Shown: positions 11,907-23,941 of the stretch, one piece after another
Layout of the letters: the number at the start of each line of letters is the position of its first letter
Numbering within the stretch: position 1 is the stretch's first letter
From: Alphaproteobacteria bacterium
GTDB lineage: Bacteria > Pseudomonadota > Alphaproteobacteria > UBA828
NCBI GenBank assembly: GCA_965221125.1
Contig: CBDCRW010000006.1
Location: forward strand, 256,001 to 320,000
Direction of reading: 5' to 3'
Length of the DNA: 64,000 bases
Program-made: the position numbers and the translations under genes
Notes under the pieces: model-generated
Seen by the model: the letters and a program-made list of their open reading frames with translations, nothing else
Databases searched by the model: none
What the model was told of the DNA's origin: nothing

Positions 11907-11980
11907 TGGGCCCGGCAGGACTCGAACCTGCAACAACGCCGTTATGAGCGGCGGGTTCTAACCAATTGAACTACGGGCCC
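11907..11980 (-). tRNA. tRNA with CAT anticodon, most likely tRNA-Ile2 (lysidine); 3' end followed by CCG, not CCA
   Basis: Reverse complement GGGCCCGTAGTTCAATTGGTTAGAACCCGCCGCTCATAACGGCGTTGTTGCAGGTTCGAGTCCTGCCGGGCCCA folds as a cloverleaf. Confidence 0.9.
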
Positions 11981-12053
11981 GATCGGTGGGAAGCCGCGCC
12001 TATCATAACGCGGGCACGCGCAGGCGGCGAACAAATGAGGGGTTGCGGAAATA

Positions 12054-12068
12054 GAACAAATAGAGTAC
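12054..12068 (+). promoter_or_regulatory. Alphaproteobacterial LexA (SOS) box of recA
   Basis: GAAC-AAATAGA-GTAC (GAAC-N7-GTAC) about 70 nt upstream of recA. Confidence 0.85.
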
Positions 12069-12139
12069 AACGCTCCGCACAGCGTTACACGGCGGCTCAC
12101 ATTGCATCGGTTTCGGCCGTGTGAAATAAGGAGGCGAAC

Positions 12140-13222
<1,083 letters not shown>

Positions 13223-13350
13223 CGCGGGCAAGCGCGGGGCAGGCGGGCGCCGGCACTCGCCAATCTGGACAGTGGGCCTGAGCCGCACTAAGTAGCACGC
13301 ATCCAACCGCCGGGCCGCCTGCCGCCCGGCGGGCCATGCAGGGCCGCCCC

Positions 13351-16005
<2,655 letters not shown>

Positions 16006-16083
16006 GCCCTCGGCGCCGGCGCGCCCCGCTCGCCCCGGACCAACCCATTGGCGGGGCGGCAATTCTGGTTATTCTCCGGTTGC

Positions 16084-16806
16084 ATGAGCGACCAGACGAC
16101 ACCGCGCGAGCGCCCGCCAGCGGGTGTGTGGCAGAGCGATCTGCGCCGCTACTGCTGCGAGTTCATCGGCACCTTTTCGCTCGTCTTCTTCGCGGCGGGC
16201 GCCGTTGTCGTCGACGCCAAGATGGGCGGCACGCTCGGCGCCGTCGGCCCGGGCCTGATCTCGGGCCTCATCATCACGGTCGTCATCTACACCTTCGGCC
16301 ACGTCTCGGGCGCCCACGTCAATCCGGCGCTTTCAATCGCGGCGGCGCTGATCGGGCACCTGGAGTGGCGCCTCGTCCCCGGCTACGCGCTGGCGCAGCT
16401 TGCCGGCTCGGTGCTGGCGGGCATGTGCCTGCTGTGGGCGCTCGGCGACTTCGGCGCGATGGGGGCCAACCTGCCCAATACTGCCATCGGCATCACGCCG
16501 CTCACGGCCTTCCTCATCGAGCTCTTTCTTTCGTTCCTGCTGATGTGGGTGGTCGCGGGCGTCGGCCTCGACAAGCGCGCGCACGGCCCCTTCGCGGGCG
16601 TGGCGGTGGGCGCGGTGGTGGGCATCGAGGTGATGCTGATGGGCCCGGTCGCGGGCGCCGCGATGAACCCGGCACGAGCCTTGGGTCCCTACGTCGCCAT
16701 GGGCGACTTCACCCACTACTGGATTTACGTCGTCGGCCCGCTCATCGGCATGGCGCTCGGTGCTTACGCGTGGCGCTTCACCCACGGGCGGGGCGAGGCT
16801 AGTTGA
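16084..16806 (+). CDS. MIP/aquaporin family channel
   Basis: Two NPA boxes (SGAHVNPA, AMNPARALG), six hydrophobic segments. Confidence 0.92.
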   Translation: MSDQTTPRERPPAGVWQSDLRRYCCEFIGTFSLVFFAAGAVVVDAKMGGTLGAVGPGLISGLIITVVIYTFGHVSGAHVNPALSIAAALIGHLEWRLVPGYALAQLAGSVLAGMCLLWALGDFGAMGANLPNTAIGITPLTAFLIELFLSFLLMWVVAGVGLDKRAHGPFAGVAVGAVVGIEVMLMGPVAGAAMNPARALGPYVAMGDFTHYWIYVVGPLIGMALGAYAWRFTHGRGEAS

Positions 16807-18133
16807 CCAGCGTGCCGGCGCGTTCCCGGAGCGAGCGGCCAAACGGGCAATCGGGCTTCAGCGCAACGCGCTCGTTCGCCAAAGCCTGCGCAAGCCCCTG
16901 CTGGCGATCGCGAATCGCGGCCTCGATCAGCGTGCGGTGGACAACGTCGCGCTGGGCGTGGCTGCCGCCGAAAATCCAGGCGCGGTAGCGCACGGGCATC
17001 AGCAGGTCCACCGCCGCGCCGTAGCGCCCGGCGCCGAAGGCGCGGATCGCGCGGACGATTGGCAGACCCACCTCGCGGGTCATGCGGGCGTTGGTGCCCG
17101 TCCCCTCGGCTTCCGAAACCGCCGCCTTCTCCAGCGCGTCCGCCGCCCCGTCGCGACCGGCGGCCACGTAGGCCATCATCGCGTGCATGTCGTTGAACGC
17201 GTAGAAGCCGTGCTCGGCGGCGAGCGCCTCGTAGGTCGTGGCGAGGGTCTCGAAGCGGTCGCCCGTATCGATCCTGCGCAGGTGTAGGCGCCAGAGCAGC
17301 GCCGCCGCATCCAGCATCTCCAGCTGGACCTCGGAGGGCTCGGGCTGCAGCACCGTGTCGTAAATCTCCAACACCCGGTCGAAGCGGTCGTTGTCGAGAT
17401 TGAAGAGCGAGACGTGCCACCAGTTGTGGAAAGCGAAGGTATTGTCGTCCTGCGCCCAGTGGGCCTGACGCTCCTCCATGAAGGCGATGCCTTCCTCCTG
17501 CCGGGCCTGCATCTCCAGCACGTGGCAGACCGCATGCTGCGCCCAGCAGTCGTCGGGCTCCAGCGCCAGCGCCTGCCTGCCGGCGTCCTCCGCTGCGCCG
17601 TAGTCGCCGCACTCCTCCAGGCCGAAGGCGGTCATGCCGAGCAGGATGCCGTAGTCGGGATCGTCCGCGGTCCAGGCCGGCAGCGCGCGGGCCACGCGGC
17701 CCCGCAGATTGTCGCGGTCGCCCTGGAAGAAGTCGGAGAGATGGCCGCATTGGAGCGCCACCACGTCGCGCGGCTCGTCGGCGACGATGCGGTCGAGCCT
17801 CGCCGACATGCCTTGCCAGTCGCCGGCGGCCCAATCCGCGATCGCCGCGATATGGGCTCGCTCGCGCTCCGTGGCCTTGTCCGCGAGCGCCTTGAGGCGG
17901 CCGAGGCCGGCCTCGACCTCCGGCAGCACGCTCCTCTCCCACAGCATCGTGTGCATCTCGGTGCGGAAGATGTGCCCCGCCACGAAGTCCGGATCGTCGG
18001 CCAACGCCCGGTCGATGGTCTCGACGGCGTCGCCCCGATAGATCTGGAACTGCCGGATCGCCGTCTCGAGGATCTCCAGGCTCCTGGGGTTGGTCGCCGA
18101 TGTCGGCACGCCGCGGGCGTCGCTGAGGGCCAC
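16799..18133 (-). CDS. TTC38-like tetratricopeptide repeat protein
   Basis: C-terminal part of ORF 16799..19144: AFGLEECG, WAQHAVCHVLEM, HNWWH, DAAALLWRL, GGSHAQRD; GTG start after AGGA. Confidence 0.85.
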   Translation of the reverse strand: MALSDARGVPTSATNPRSLEILETAIRQFQIYRGDAVETIDRALADDPDFVAGHIFRTEMHTMLWERSVLPEVEAGLGRLKALADKATERERAHIAAIADWAAGDWQGMSARLDRIVADEPRDVVALQCGHLSDFFQGDRDNLRGRVARALPAWTADDPDYGILLGMTAFGLEECGDYGAAEDAGRQALALEPDDCWAQHAVCHVLEMQARQEEGIAFMEERQAHWAQDDNTFAFHNWWHVSLFNLDNDRFDRVLEIYDTVLQPEPSEVQLEMLDAAALLWRLHLRRIDTGDRFETLATTYEALAAEHGFYAFNDMHAMMAYVAAGRDGAADALEKAAVSEAEGTGTNARMTREVGLPIVRAIRAFGAGRYGAAVDLLMPVRYRAWIFGGSHAQRDVVHRTLIEAAIRDRQQGLAQALANERVALKPDCPFGRSLRERAGTLVN

Positions 18134-18231
18134 GGGACTTGTCCTTCTCGTCGGGGTCGAATGCAGCCGGCGCCAAGCAAGCCAGCAAATCGGCGATCCG
18201 TCCAGACCGTTTCGGCCCGTCGGAGGAGCCC

Positions 18232-19401
18232 TCAGGCGGGGCGCCTGCTCCACGATATGCTCGTCGTCAGCCCGGCCGCGGCGGCGAGCGCGCCGGTGGC
18301 CAGCAACGACGGCACCAGGTAACTGCCGAGCGAATCGTAGAGCACGCCGGCGAACGTCGGCCCCACCATCTGGCCCAGTCCCCAAGCCGCCGTCATCAGG
18401 GCGATGCTGCGGCGCGCATCGCCGGCGGAGAGATGACGGGCCTCGATAAGGCCAATCGCCGTCAGCCCCACGAAGGTCCCGCCGAGCAGGCCGGCCGCCA
18501 GCAGAATGGACCAGATGCCGCCGCCCAGAACGCTGAGCGCCACGCCAACCCCCTCCACCAGGCAGCCGATGGCGAACGCGCGCTCGTTGCCCCAGCGCCG
18601 TCCGGCCCAGCCCCAGAGCGCCACCGAGGGCGCTGCCGTCAGGCCGACGCAGAGCCAGACCAGGTGCTCCGCTGGCTGCAGCACGGGGTCGGCGCGCACC
18701 ATGTCGGCGACGAAGGTGGCGGTGATGACGTAGCCGAAGCCGACCAGGCCGTAGGCGACGATCAGGCGGCCGAGACCCCTCCGCGCCGTGCCGGCGCCGG
18801 AGTGCGGCACTCCCGTCGCCGACGGGCGCGGCACGCGCAGCAGCAGCGCGGCCAGTATCGAGAGCACGATGGCCAGGCCGCCGCACAGCACCCACGGGCC
18901 TTGCCAGTCGCTCTCTCCCGATGCGGCCGCCGGAACGGCCAGGGACGAGATTGCGATGCCGCTGCCGACGCCGGCATACATCACCGCCGCCCAGCCATCG
19001 CGGCCGGCGGCGGCGAGGCGGTCCATCACCAGGGAGGACGCGAGCACCATCACCAGCGCGCCCGCGCCGCCGCCGACGAAGCGCAGGATCAGGAACAGAC
19101 CCAGGTCCGTCGTGAGCGCCATGGCGCCGGTGCTGAGCCCGCACAGCGCGAGCGCCCCCAGCAGCCAGGCACGGGGATCGCCGGGCACGGCGCGCCAGGC
19201 CGCGGCGAGCGCGCCCACGAAGTACCCGAGGTAGTTGGCGGACGCGATCAGGCCGGCCTGCGATCGGTCCAGCTCGAGGCCCGCGATCATGTACGGCAGG
19301 ATCGGCGTGTAGGCGAAGCGTCCGATGCCGATGCCGACCGCGAGCGACAAGAGGCCCGCAGCGGCCAGAACGGCCGGATGGCGGACACGCTGCACCGCCA
19401 T
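18232..19401 (-). CDS. YbfB/YjiJ family MFS transporter
   Basis: GIGRFAYTPILP, ASANYLGY, GFGYVITATF. Confidence 0.88.
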   Translation of the reverse strand: MAVQRVRHPAVLAAAGLLSLAVGIGIGRFAYTPILPYMIAGLELDRSQAGLIASANYLGYFVGALAAAWRAVPGDPRAWLLGALALCGLSTGAMALTTDLGLFLILRFVGGGAGALVMVLASSLVMDRLAAAGRDGWAAVMYAGVGSGIAISSLAVPAAASGESDWQGPWVLCGGLAIVLSILAALLLRVPRPSATGVPHSGAGTARRGLGRLIVAYGLVGFGYVITATFVADMVRADPVLQPAEHLVWLCVGLTAAPSVALWGWAGRRWGNERAFAIGCLVEGVGVALSVLGGGIWSILLAAGLLGGTFVGLTAIGLIEARHLSAGDARRSIALMTAAWGLGQMVGPTFAGVLYDSLGSYLVPSLLATGALAAAAGLTTSISWSRRPA

Positions 19402-19458
19402 CAGAGCGTCCGATGCCGGGGGCCGCGATCGTGCCTCCCGGCGCCGCGGGTTACGAGC

Positions 19459-20046
19459 TCAGAGGATCGTTGCGTCCAACATCTGATGCGCCGCGTCGGT
19501 CGGGCCCCATGCGCTGTCCGGGTGGAACACCAGCACGTCGAGCGCGTCCTCGCCGGTCTCGAAACGATGACGCTCTCCTGCGGGAATCCTCCACGCCCTG
19601 CCAGGGCACAGGACCATCGGAGCTCCCGATTCATGGTGCGCCAATCCCTGGCCCCGGACCACCATTCCGATGCGATCGCTCGGATGATGATGTTCGGCCT
19701 GCACGGTACCGGCAACGATATGCAGGTGGTTCACGCATGGATCGCCCTTTTGGGGTGGCATGACCAGCAGCGAGGACGAACAGCCGTCCATGTACTTGTT
19801 GCGTCCGACATCCTCTACGTATCCGCCACACGGCGGCAGGGCCATGCCGACGTCGATAATGAGCATCTCGTTGCGGCGGTAGGGTGGCATGAAAAACCCG
19901 CCCACCGAGAACGCGGGCCGCATGTCATGCAGCATCGTGTTCGGGCTGTCCGGATTTCCCCAAAGGGCCAGTTCAAAGAAGCACACCTGGTCGGGAGAGG
20001 GATTGCGGGCAACCGTTGCAGCGTCTGTGGTTTCCAGTTCTTGCAC
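19459..20046 (-). CDS. Cupin domain protein, AT-richer than neighbours
   Basis: EHHHPSDRIG and IPAGERHRF cupin motifs; GGAGG before GTG at 20046. Confidence 0.75.
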   Translation of the reverse strand: MQELETTDAATVARNPSPDQVCFFELALWGNPDSPNTMLHDMRPAFSVGGFFMPPYRRNEMLIIDVGMALPPCGGYVEDVGRNKYMDGCSSSLLVMPPQKGDPCVNHLHIVAGTVQAEHHHPSDRIGMVVRGQGLAHHESGAPMVLCPGRAWRIPAGERHRFETGEDALDVLVFHPDSAWGPTDAAHQMLDATIL

Positions 20047-20267
20047 GGAATCCTCCAACGCTGTTGGACTTATTAACTCGACGTGGGGCGGACACGACGA
20101 GGCCGCCAATACCGTTTTCTGTCGATCCGCATAATGAATTCCAATGAAGCGCGGTTCCCGGCGATTCCCCGCCGCGCTTCGTCAACATTCCGCCAAGGTG
20201 GTATGACTCCTGTTCAGTGGCGCGCGGGTGCGGGCTCCGATGCTCTCGCGACCAAGGAGCAACGCCC

Positions 20268-20663
20268 ATGTCTTCAAGAGATGTCGTGAAGGGCTTCCTC
20301 GACCAGCTTGCGGGCGGCGACGCCGCTACCATCGTGGCCATGTTCACCGACGACGCGGTGATCGACATGCCGGGCGGCGACGACCTGCCCTGGGCGGGCC
20401 GCTGGCAGGGCCGGGCCGCGATCGAGGACTATTTTCGGGTCATGCCGGCGGCGCTCGCCATGCACGAGCATGTCATCAGCACCTGGGTCACGGAAGGCGA
20501 CACCGTCTCCGTCAACGGCGAGGAAGCCGGCTCGTCCAAGGTCAGCGGCAAGCACTACCGCGCGAAGTGGTGCTGGGTCTTCACCGTGCGCGACGGCAGG
20601 ATCGCCGTCTGGGACGCCTACGAGGACACGCAGGCGCTCTCCGCCTGCGGCCCCTGGCGCTAG
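20268..20663 (+). CDS. SnoaL/NTF2-like protein
   Basis: LPWAGRWQGRAAI, WVFTVRDGRI, YEDT; AGGAG upstream. Confidence 0.85.
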   Translation: MSSRDVVKGFLDQLAGGDAATIVAMFTDDAVIDMPGGDDLPWAGRWQGRAAIEDYFRVMPAALAMHEHVISTWVTEGDTVSVNGEEAGSSKVSGKHYRAKWCWVFTVRDGRIAVWDAYEDTQALSACGPWR

Positions 20664-20672
20664 GCGGCGCGC

Positions 20673-21911
20673 TTGAGCGGCGCCGACAGCGCGGGGGAAG
20701 GCGGCGCAGCGGGCGCCCCCGTGGCGCGCACCCGGTGGGGCGTCGTCGCGGTCACCATCTTCGCGAGCGTGTTCGTGGGCTACGCCGTCGGCAAGGTGCC
20801 GCCGACCATCGGGCTGATTTCGGATGAATTCGCGCTCGACAGGGTCACCGCCGGCTGGCTCGCCTCCATCTTCTTCGTGTTCGGCGCGGGCTTTGGCGTC
20901 CTGACCGGGATGACCGGCGCACGCGTCGGCGCCCGCACTCTCCTCCTTACCGGCACTCTCGTTCTCGTCCTCAGCGGCGTCGCCGGCGCGCTGGCCACCA
21001 GCGCCGCCGTGCTGCTCGCGGTCCGCGTCTTCGAGGGGATCAGCTTCGCCGCCATCGTGTCCTCTGCGCCCAAGATCACCTTCGATGCCGCGCGGCCCGG
21101 GGACCGCAACCTCGCGCTCGGCATCTGGAGCGGCTACATGCCGGGCGGCATGGCGCTCGCCATGGTGGTGGCGCCCTTCCTCGCCGAATCGCTGGGCTGG
21201 CGCAGCCTCTGGTGGCTCTGCGCCGGGGCGGCGCTGCTGGCGGCGCTGCTCGTGGCGGCCGGCACGACTCGCCGGCGCTGGCCCGAGCAACCGAGCCGCG
21301 ACGCGGACGCTCGTTTCGACTGGGCCGGGGCAAAGGCGACGGTGCCGGTCGGCGCCTTGTGGCTCTACGGCGGGGCGTTCCTGCTCTTCACCGTTCAATG
21401 GTTCGCGGTCGCCGCCTGGCTGCCCACCTTCCTGACCGAGACGCAAGGCCGCGGGCCCATCGGCGCCGCGCTCTTCTCTGCGCTGGTGGTGGGCATGAAC
21501 GTCACCGGCAACCTTGCCGGCGGCTGGCTGATGCAAAGGCGCGTGCCGCGCTTCGTGCTCGTCGCGGCGGCCAACGTCATCATGGCCGTCACCGGCATGC
21601 TGATCCTCGCAGGCTTCGTGCCGGACGAGGCCAAGATCCCGCTGGCGATAATCTTCAGCGCCTGCAGCGGCGTGCTGCCCGCGGCCGCCTATGGCGGCGC
21701 CGCCGCGCACGCGCCCAAGCCCCAGCTCGTGGCGATGGCCAACGGCTTCATGGTGCAGGGCGCCGCGATCGGCATGCTGCTCGGGCCGCCGCTGATGGCG
21801 GTCGTGGTGGGCGGCTTCGGCAGCTGGGAGTCCGCGTGGTGGTGCATGTTGATCTGCCCCGCCGCAGGCGTCGTCATCGCTGCCCGCCTCTTCGCCATCG
21901 AGCGCCGCTAG
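20673..21911 (+). CDS. MFS transporter
   Basis: About 12 hydrophobic segments, GKVPP, WSGYMPGG, WLPTFL. Confidence 0.85.
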   Translation: MSGADSAGEGGAAGAPVARTRWGVVAVTIFASVFVGYAVGKVPPTIGLISDEFALDRVTAGWLASIFFVFGAGFGVLTGMTGARVGARTLLLTGTLVLVLSGVAGALATSAAVLLAVRVFEGISFAAIVSSAPKITFDAARPGDRNLALGIWSGYMPGGMALAMVVAPFLAESLGWRSLWWLCAGAALLAALLVAAGTTRRRWPEQPSRDADARFDWAGAKATVPVGALWLYGGAFLLFTVQWFAVAAWLPTFLTETQGRGPIGAALFSALVVGMNVTGNLAGGWLMQRRVPRFVLVAAANVIMAVTGMLILAGFVPDEAKIPLAIIFSACSGVLPAAAYGGAAAHAPKPQLVAMANGFMVQGAAIGMLLGPPLMAVVVGGFGSWESAWWCMLICPAAGVVIAARLFAIERR

Positions 21912-22056
21912 AGCGTTTCCGTCTCAGACGGAAACGCTCTAGCAATTTTTCGCTCACGGCAGCCGGTCTTCGACCGGCGCCTGCGCGGGCGCGCCGCATT
22001 CGCGGCGGGCCGCGGTCGCGGCCTGTCGCGCGTCCGTCAATGACGAACGCGCTCTG
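21908..22056 (+). repeat. 149-bp intergenic multi-hairpin repeat, copy 1 (RIME/MITE-like)
   Basis: Ungapped match to reverse complement of 57055..57203 with about 23 mismatches (hand count); perfect 18-bp palindrome at 21907-21943. Confidence 0.85.
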
Positions 22057-22059
22057 ATC

Positions 22060-22998
22060 TCACGGGCGTGCGGTGCCGGCGGAGCGGCCCGCGTAGACGT
22101 CGCCCCGCTGGATCACCAGGCTCGCGGCGAGCACGATCAGGATGCCGGGGATGGTGAGCACGCTGGGCAGGCCCTTGCCGATCGCCCAGTCGATGGCGAG
22201 CACGAAGGCCGGCAGCAGGTAGCTGTACGACTGCACCCGGGTGGGGCCGAGCCTGATCGTGGTCCACTGCATCAGGAAGAAGGAAATGACGGTCGAGAGA
22301 AGCGCGATGCCGGCGACGCCGCCGTAGGCGAAGAGCGGGACGGCGCCCCAGTCCATGGTCCACAGCGCGCTGTTGGCGAGCACCAGGAACCAGACGGCAT
22401 TCATGGTCACCACCCAGAAGGTCATGACCATCACCGGCTCGCCCCGGTGGTAGCGCTTGACCAGCGGGCTGTAGAAGCCCATCGCGATGCAGCCCGCGAA
22501 CACGATCAGGTCGCCCTTGTTGAGATCGAGGCCGACGAAGCGGTCCCAGTCGCCGCGGAAGACCACCCAGAGCGCGCCGATCAGGCCGATGCCGAGCGCC
22601 GCCAGGCGATGCCAGCCCAGCCGCTCGCCCACCAGGATCGCGCCGCCGATCGCCGTGAGGCCCGGGATCAGGGTGGAGATGGCGCCGGTGTTGAGCGCGC
22701 TGGTGAAGCGCAGGCCGTAGAACATGCACCAGAAGAAGGCGACGAGCGACGTGCTGATCGCCGCATAGCCGGCGAGCGCGCGCCAGCCCGGCCAGGCGAT
22801 GCCGTGGCGCCAGGCGACCACCGGCCCGAAGATCGCCATCGCCAGCACGAAGCGGAGGAAGAGCAGGACGCCGGTATCGAGCTCGTTGGCGATGGCCTCG
22901 CCCACCGGATAGCTGAAGGAAATGAGGAACATGGCGACGAACACCGCGGCGTGGACGCCGGGTGTGGGGATGTCGCGCGGGGCCGGTGACTCGGTCAT
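22060..22998 (-). CDS. DMT/EamA family transporter
   Basis: About 10 hydrophobic segments, LRFTSALN, two-repeat EamA organisation. Confidence 0.85.
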   Translation of the reverse strand: MTESPAPRDIPTPGVHAAVFVAMFLISFSYPVGEAIANELDTGVLLFLRFVLAMAIFGPVVAWRHGIAWPGWRALAGYAAISTSLVAFFWCMFYGLRFTSALNTGAISTLIPGLTAIGGAILVGERLGWHRLAALGIGLIGALWVVFRGDWDRFVGLDLNKGDLIVFAGCIAMGFYSPLVKRYHRGEPVMVMTFWVVTMNAVWFLVLANSALWTMDWGAVPLFAYGGVAGIALLSTVISFFLMQWTTIRLGPTRVQSYSYLLPAFVLAIDWAIGKGLPSVLTIPGILIVLAASLVIQRGDVYAGRSAGTARP

Positions 22999-23084
22999 GG
23001 CGCGCCACCGTGGCGCAGCCCCGCGCGCAGGTCCAGCGCCGCCCTCGCCTGCCGGAAGTGCGCGCCCAACGACGCTTGGCGGCT

Positions 23085-23113
23085 CTTGAATCCCCGTTTT
23101 CCCGTCACCATCT
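23085..23113 (+). promoter_or_regulatory. Putative RpoH (sigma32) promoter
   Basis: CTTGAA-N17-CCATCT upstream of the small heat-shock gene. Confidence 0.65.
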
Positions 23114-23119
23114 CAGCAC

Positions 23120-23223
23120 TGCCCGAGGGGGTGCCGCAGAGCGGGCCCCGGACGGGCATGGAACCGGTCCGGCCATGACGGCGGACCACGGAAGACTTGC
23201 TTACGACAAGGAGTCAAACCATG
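23120..23223 (+). promoter_or_regulatory. ROSE-like RNA thermometer (5' boundary approximate)
   Basis: Final hairpin GACTTGCTTACGACAAGGAGTC (23194-23215) pairs the UUGCU motif with the AGGAG SD of an Hsp20 gene. Confidence 0.7.
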
Positions 23224-23673
23224 CGTGCATTCGATCTTTCCCCGCTCTTCAGCACCACGGTCGGTTTCGACCGGATGGCCCGGATGCTCGAGCAGATGCC
23301 GAGCGAGACGGCGCCCTCGTACCCGCCCTACAACATCCAGAAGCTGGACGAGAACGCCTATCGCGTGACGCTGGCCGTCGCCGGCTTCGGCGACGACGAG
23401 ATCGCGATCGAGGTGAAGGAGAACCTGCTCACCGTGTCGGGCAAGCTCGCCAGGGAGAATGGCGCGAACGAGAGCTATCTCCACCGCGGCATCGCCGCCC
23501 GCGCGTTCGAGCGGCGCTTCAACCTCGCCGATCACATCCAGGTGACGGGGGCTGCGCTGGACAAGGGGCTGCTCCACATCGACCTGGTGCGCGAGCTTCC
23601 CGAAGCGCTGAAGGCGCGCCGGATCGCCATCGACACCGGCGGCCGGAAGCGGCTCGACCGCAAGGCGTCGTAA
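23221..23673 (+). CDS. ibpA: Small heat shock protein (Hsp20, IbpA-like)
   Basis: MRAFDLSPLF, VGFDR, SYPPYNI, YLHRGIAARAFERRF, GLLHIDL. Confidence 0.93.
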   Translation: MRAFDLSPLFSTTVGFDRMARMLEQMPSETAPSYPPYNIQKLDENAYRVTLAVAGFGDDEIAIEVKENLLTVSGKLARENGANESYLHRGIAARAFERRFNLADHIQVTGAALDKGLLHIDLVRELPEALKARRIAIDTGGRKRLDRKAS

Positions 23674-23719
23674 CCGGGCCTGGGCCGCGGGATCGCGTCG
23701 CGGCCGGGTCCAAGAGAGC

Positions 23720-23751
23720 GGGGCGCGGGCCGAAGGGTTCGCGCCCCTTTT
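23720..23751 (+). terminator. Rho-independent terminator after Hsp20
   Basis: GGGGCGCGGGCC-GAAG-GGTTCGCGCCCC followed by TTTT. Confidence 0.75.
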
Positions 23752-23941
23752 CCGTTTGGTCTTCCACGCTTGATTTGCCCGCCGCCGCCAGGTTGAGATA
23801 ACGCCTCCGCGGGTCATTCGTATGACTACGTAGAGCGAGAAATTTGTTTTCGTATAAATGGCCGAGGTCGTTTCTCCGTGCTACCTTGCGCGCGGAACGA
23901 GCGGCGCGCCCTCCGGGTGCGCTTGGTCCTGACGCGGGAGG

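Noticed and set aside
16799-19144. 781-aa ORF as one protein
   Set aside because: The N-terminal part is an alternate frame of the MFS gene; the TTC38-like protein starts near 18133 after an RBS
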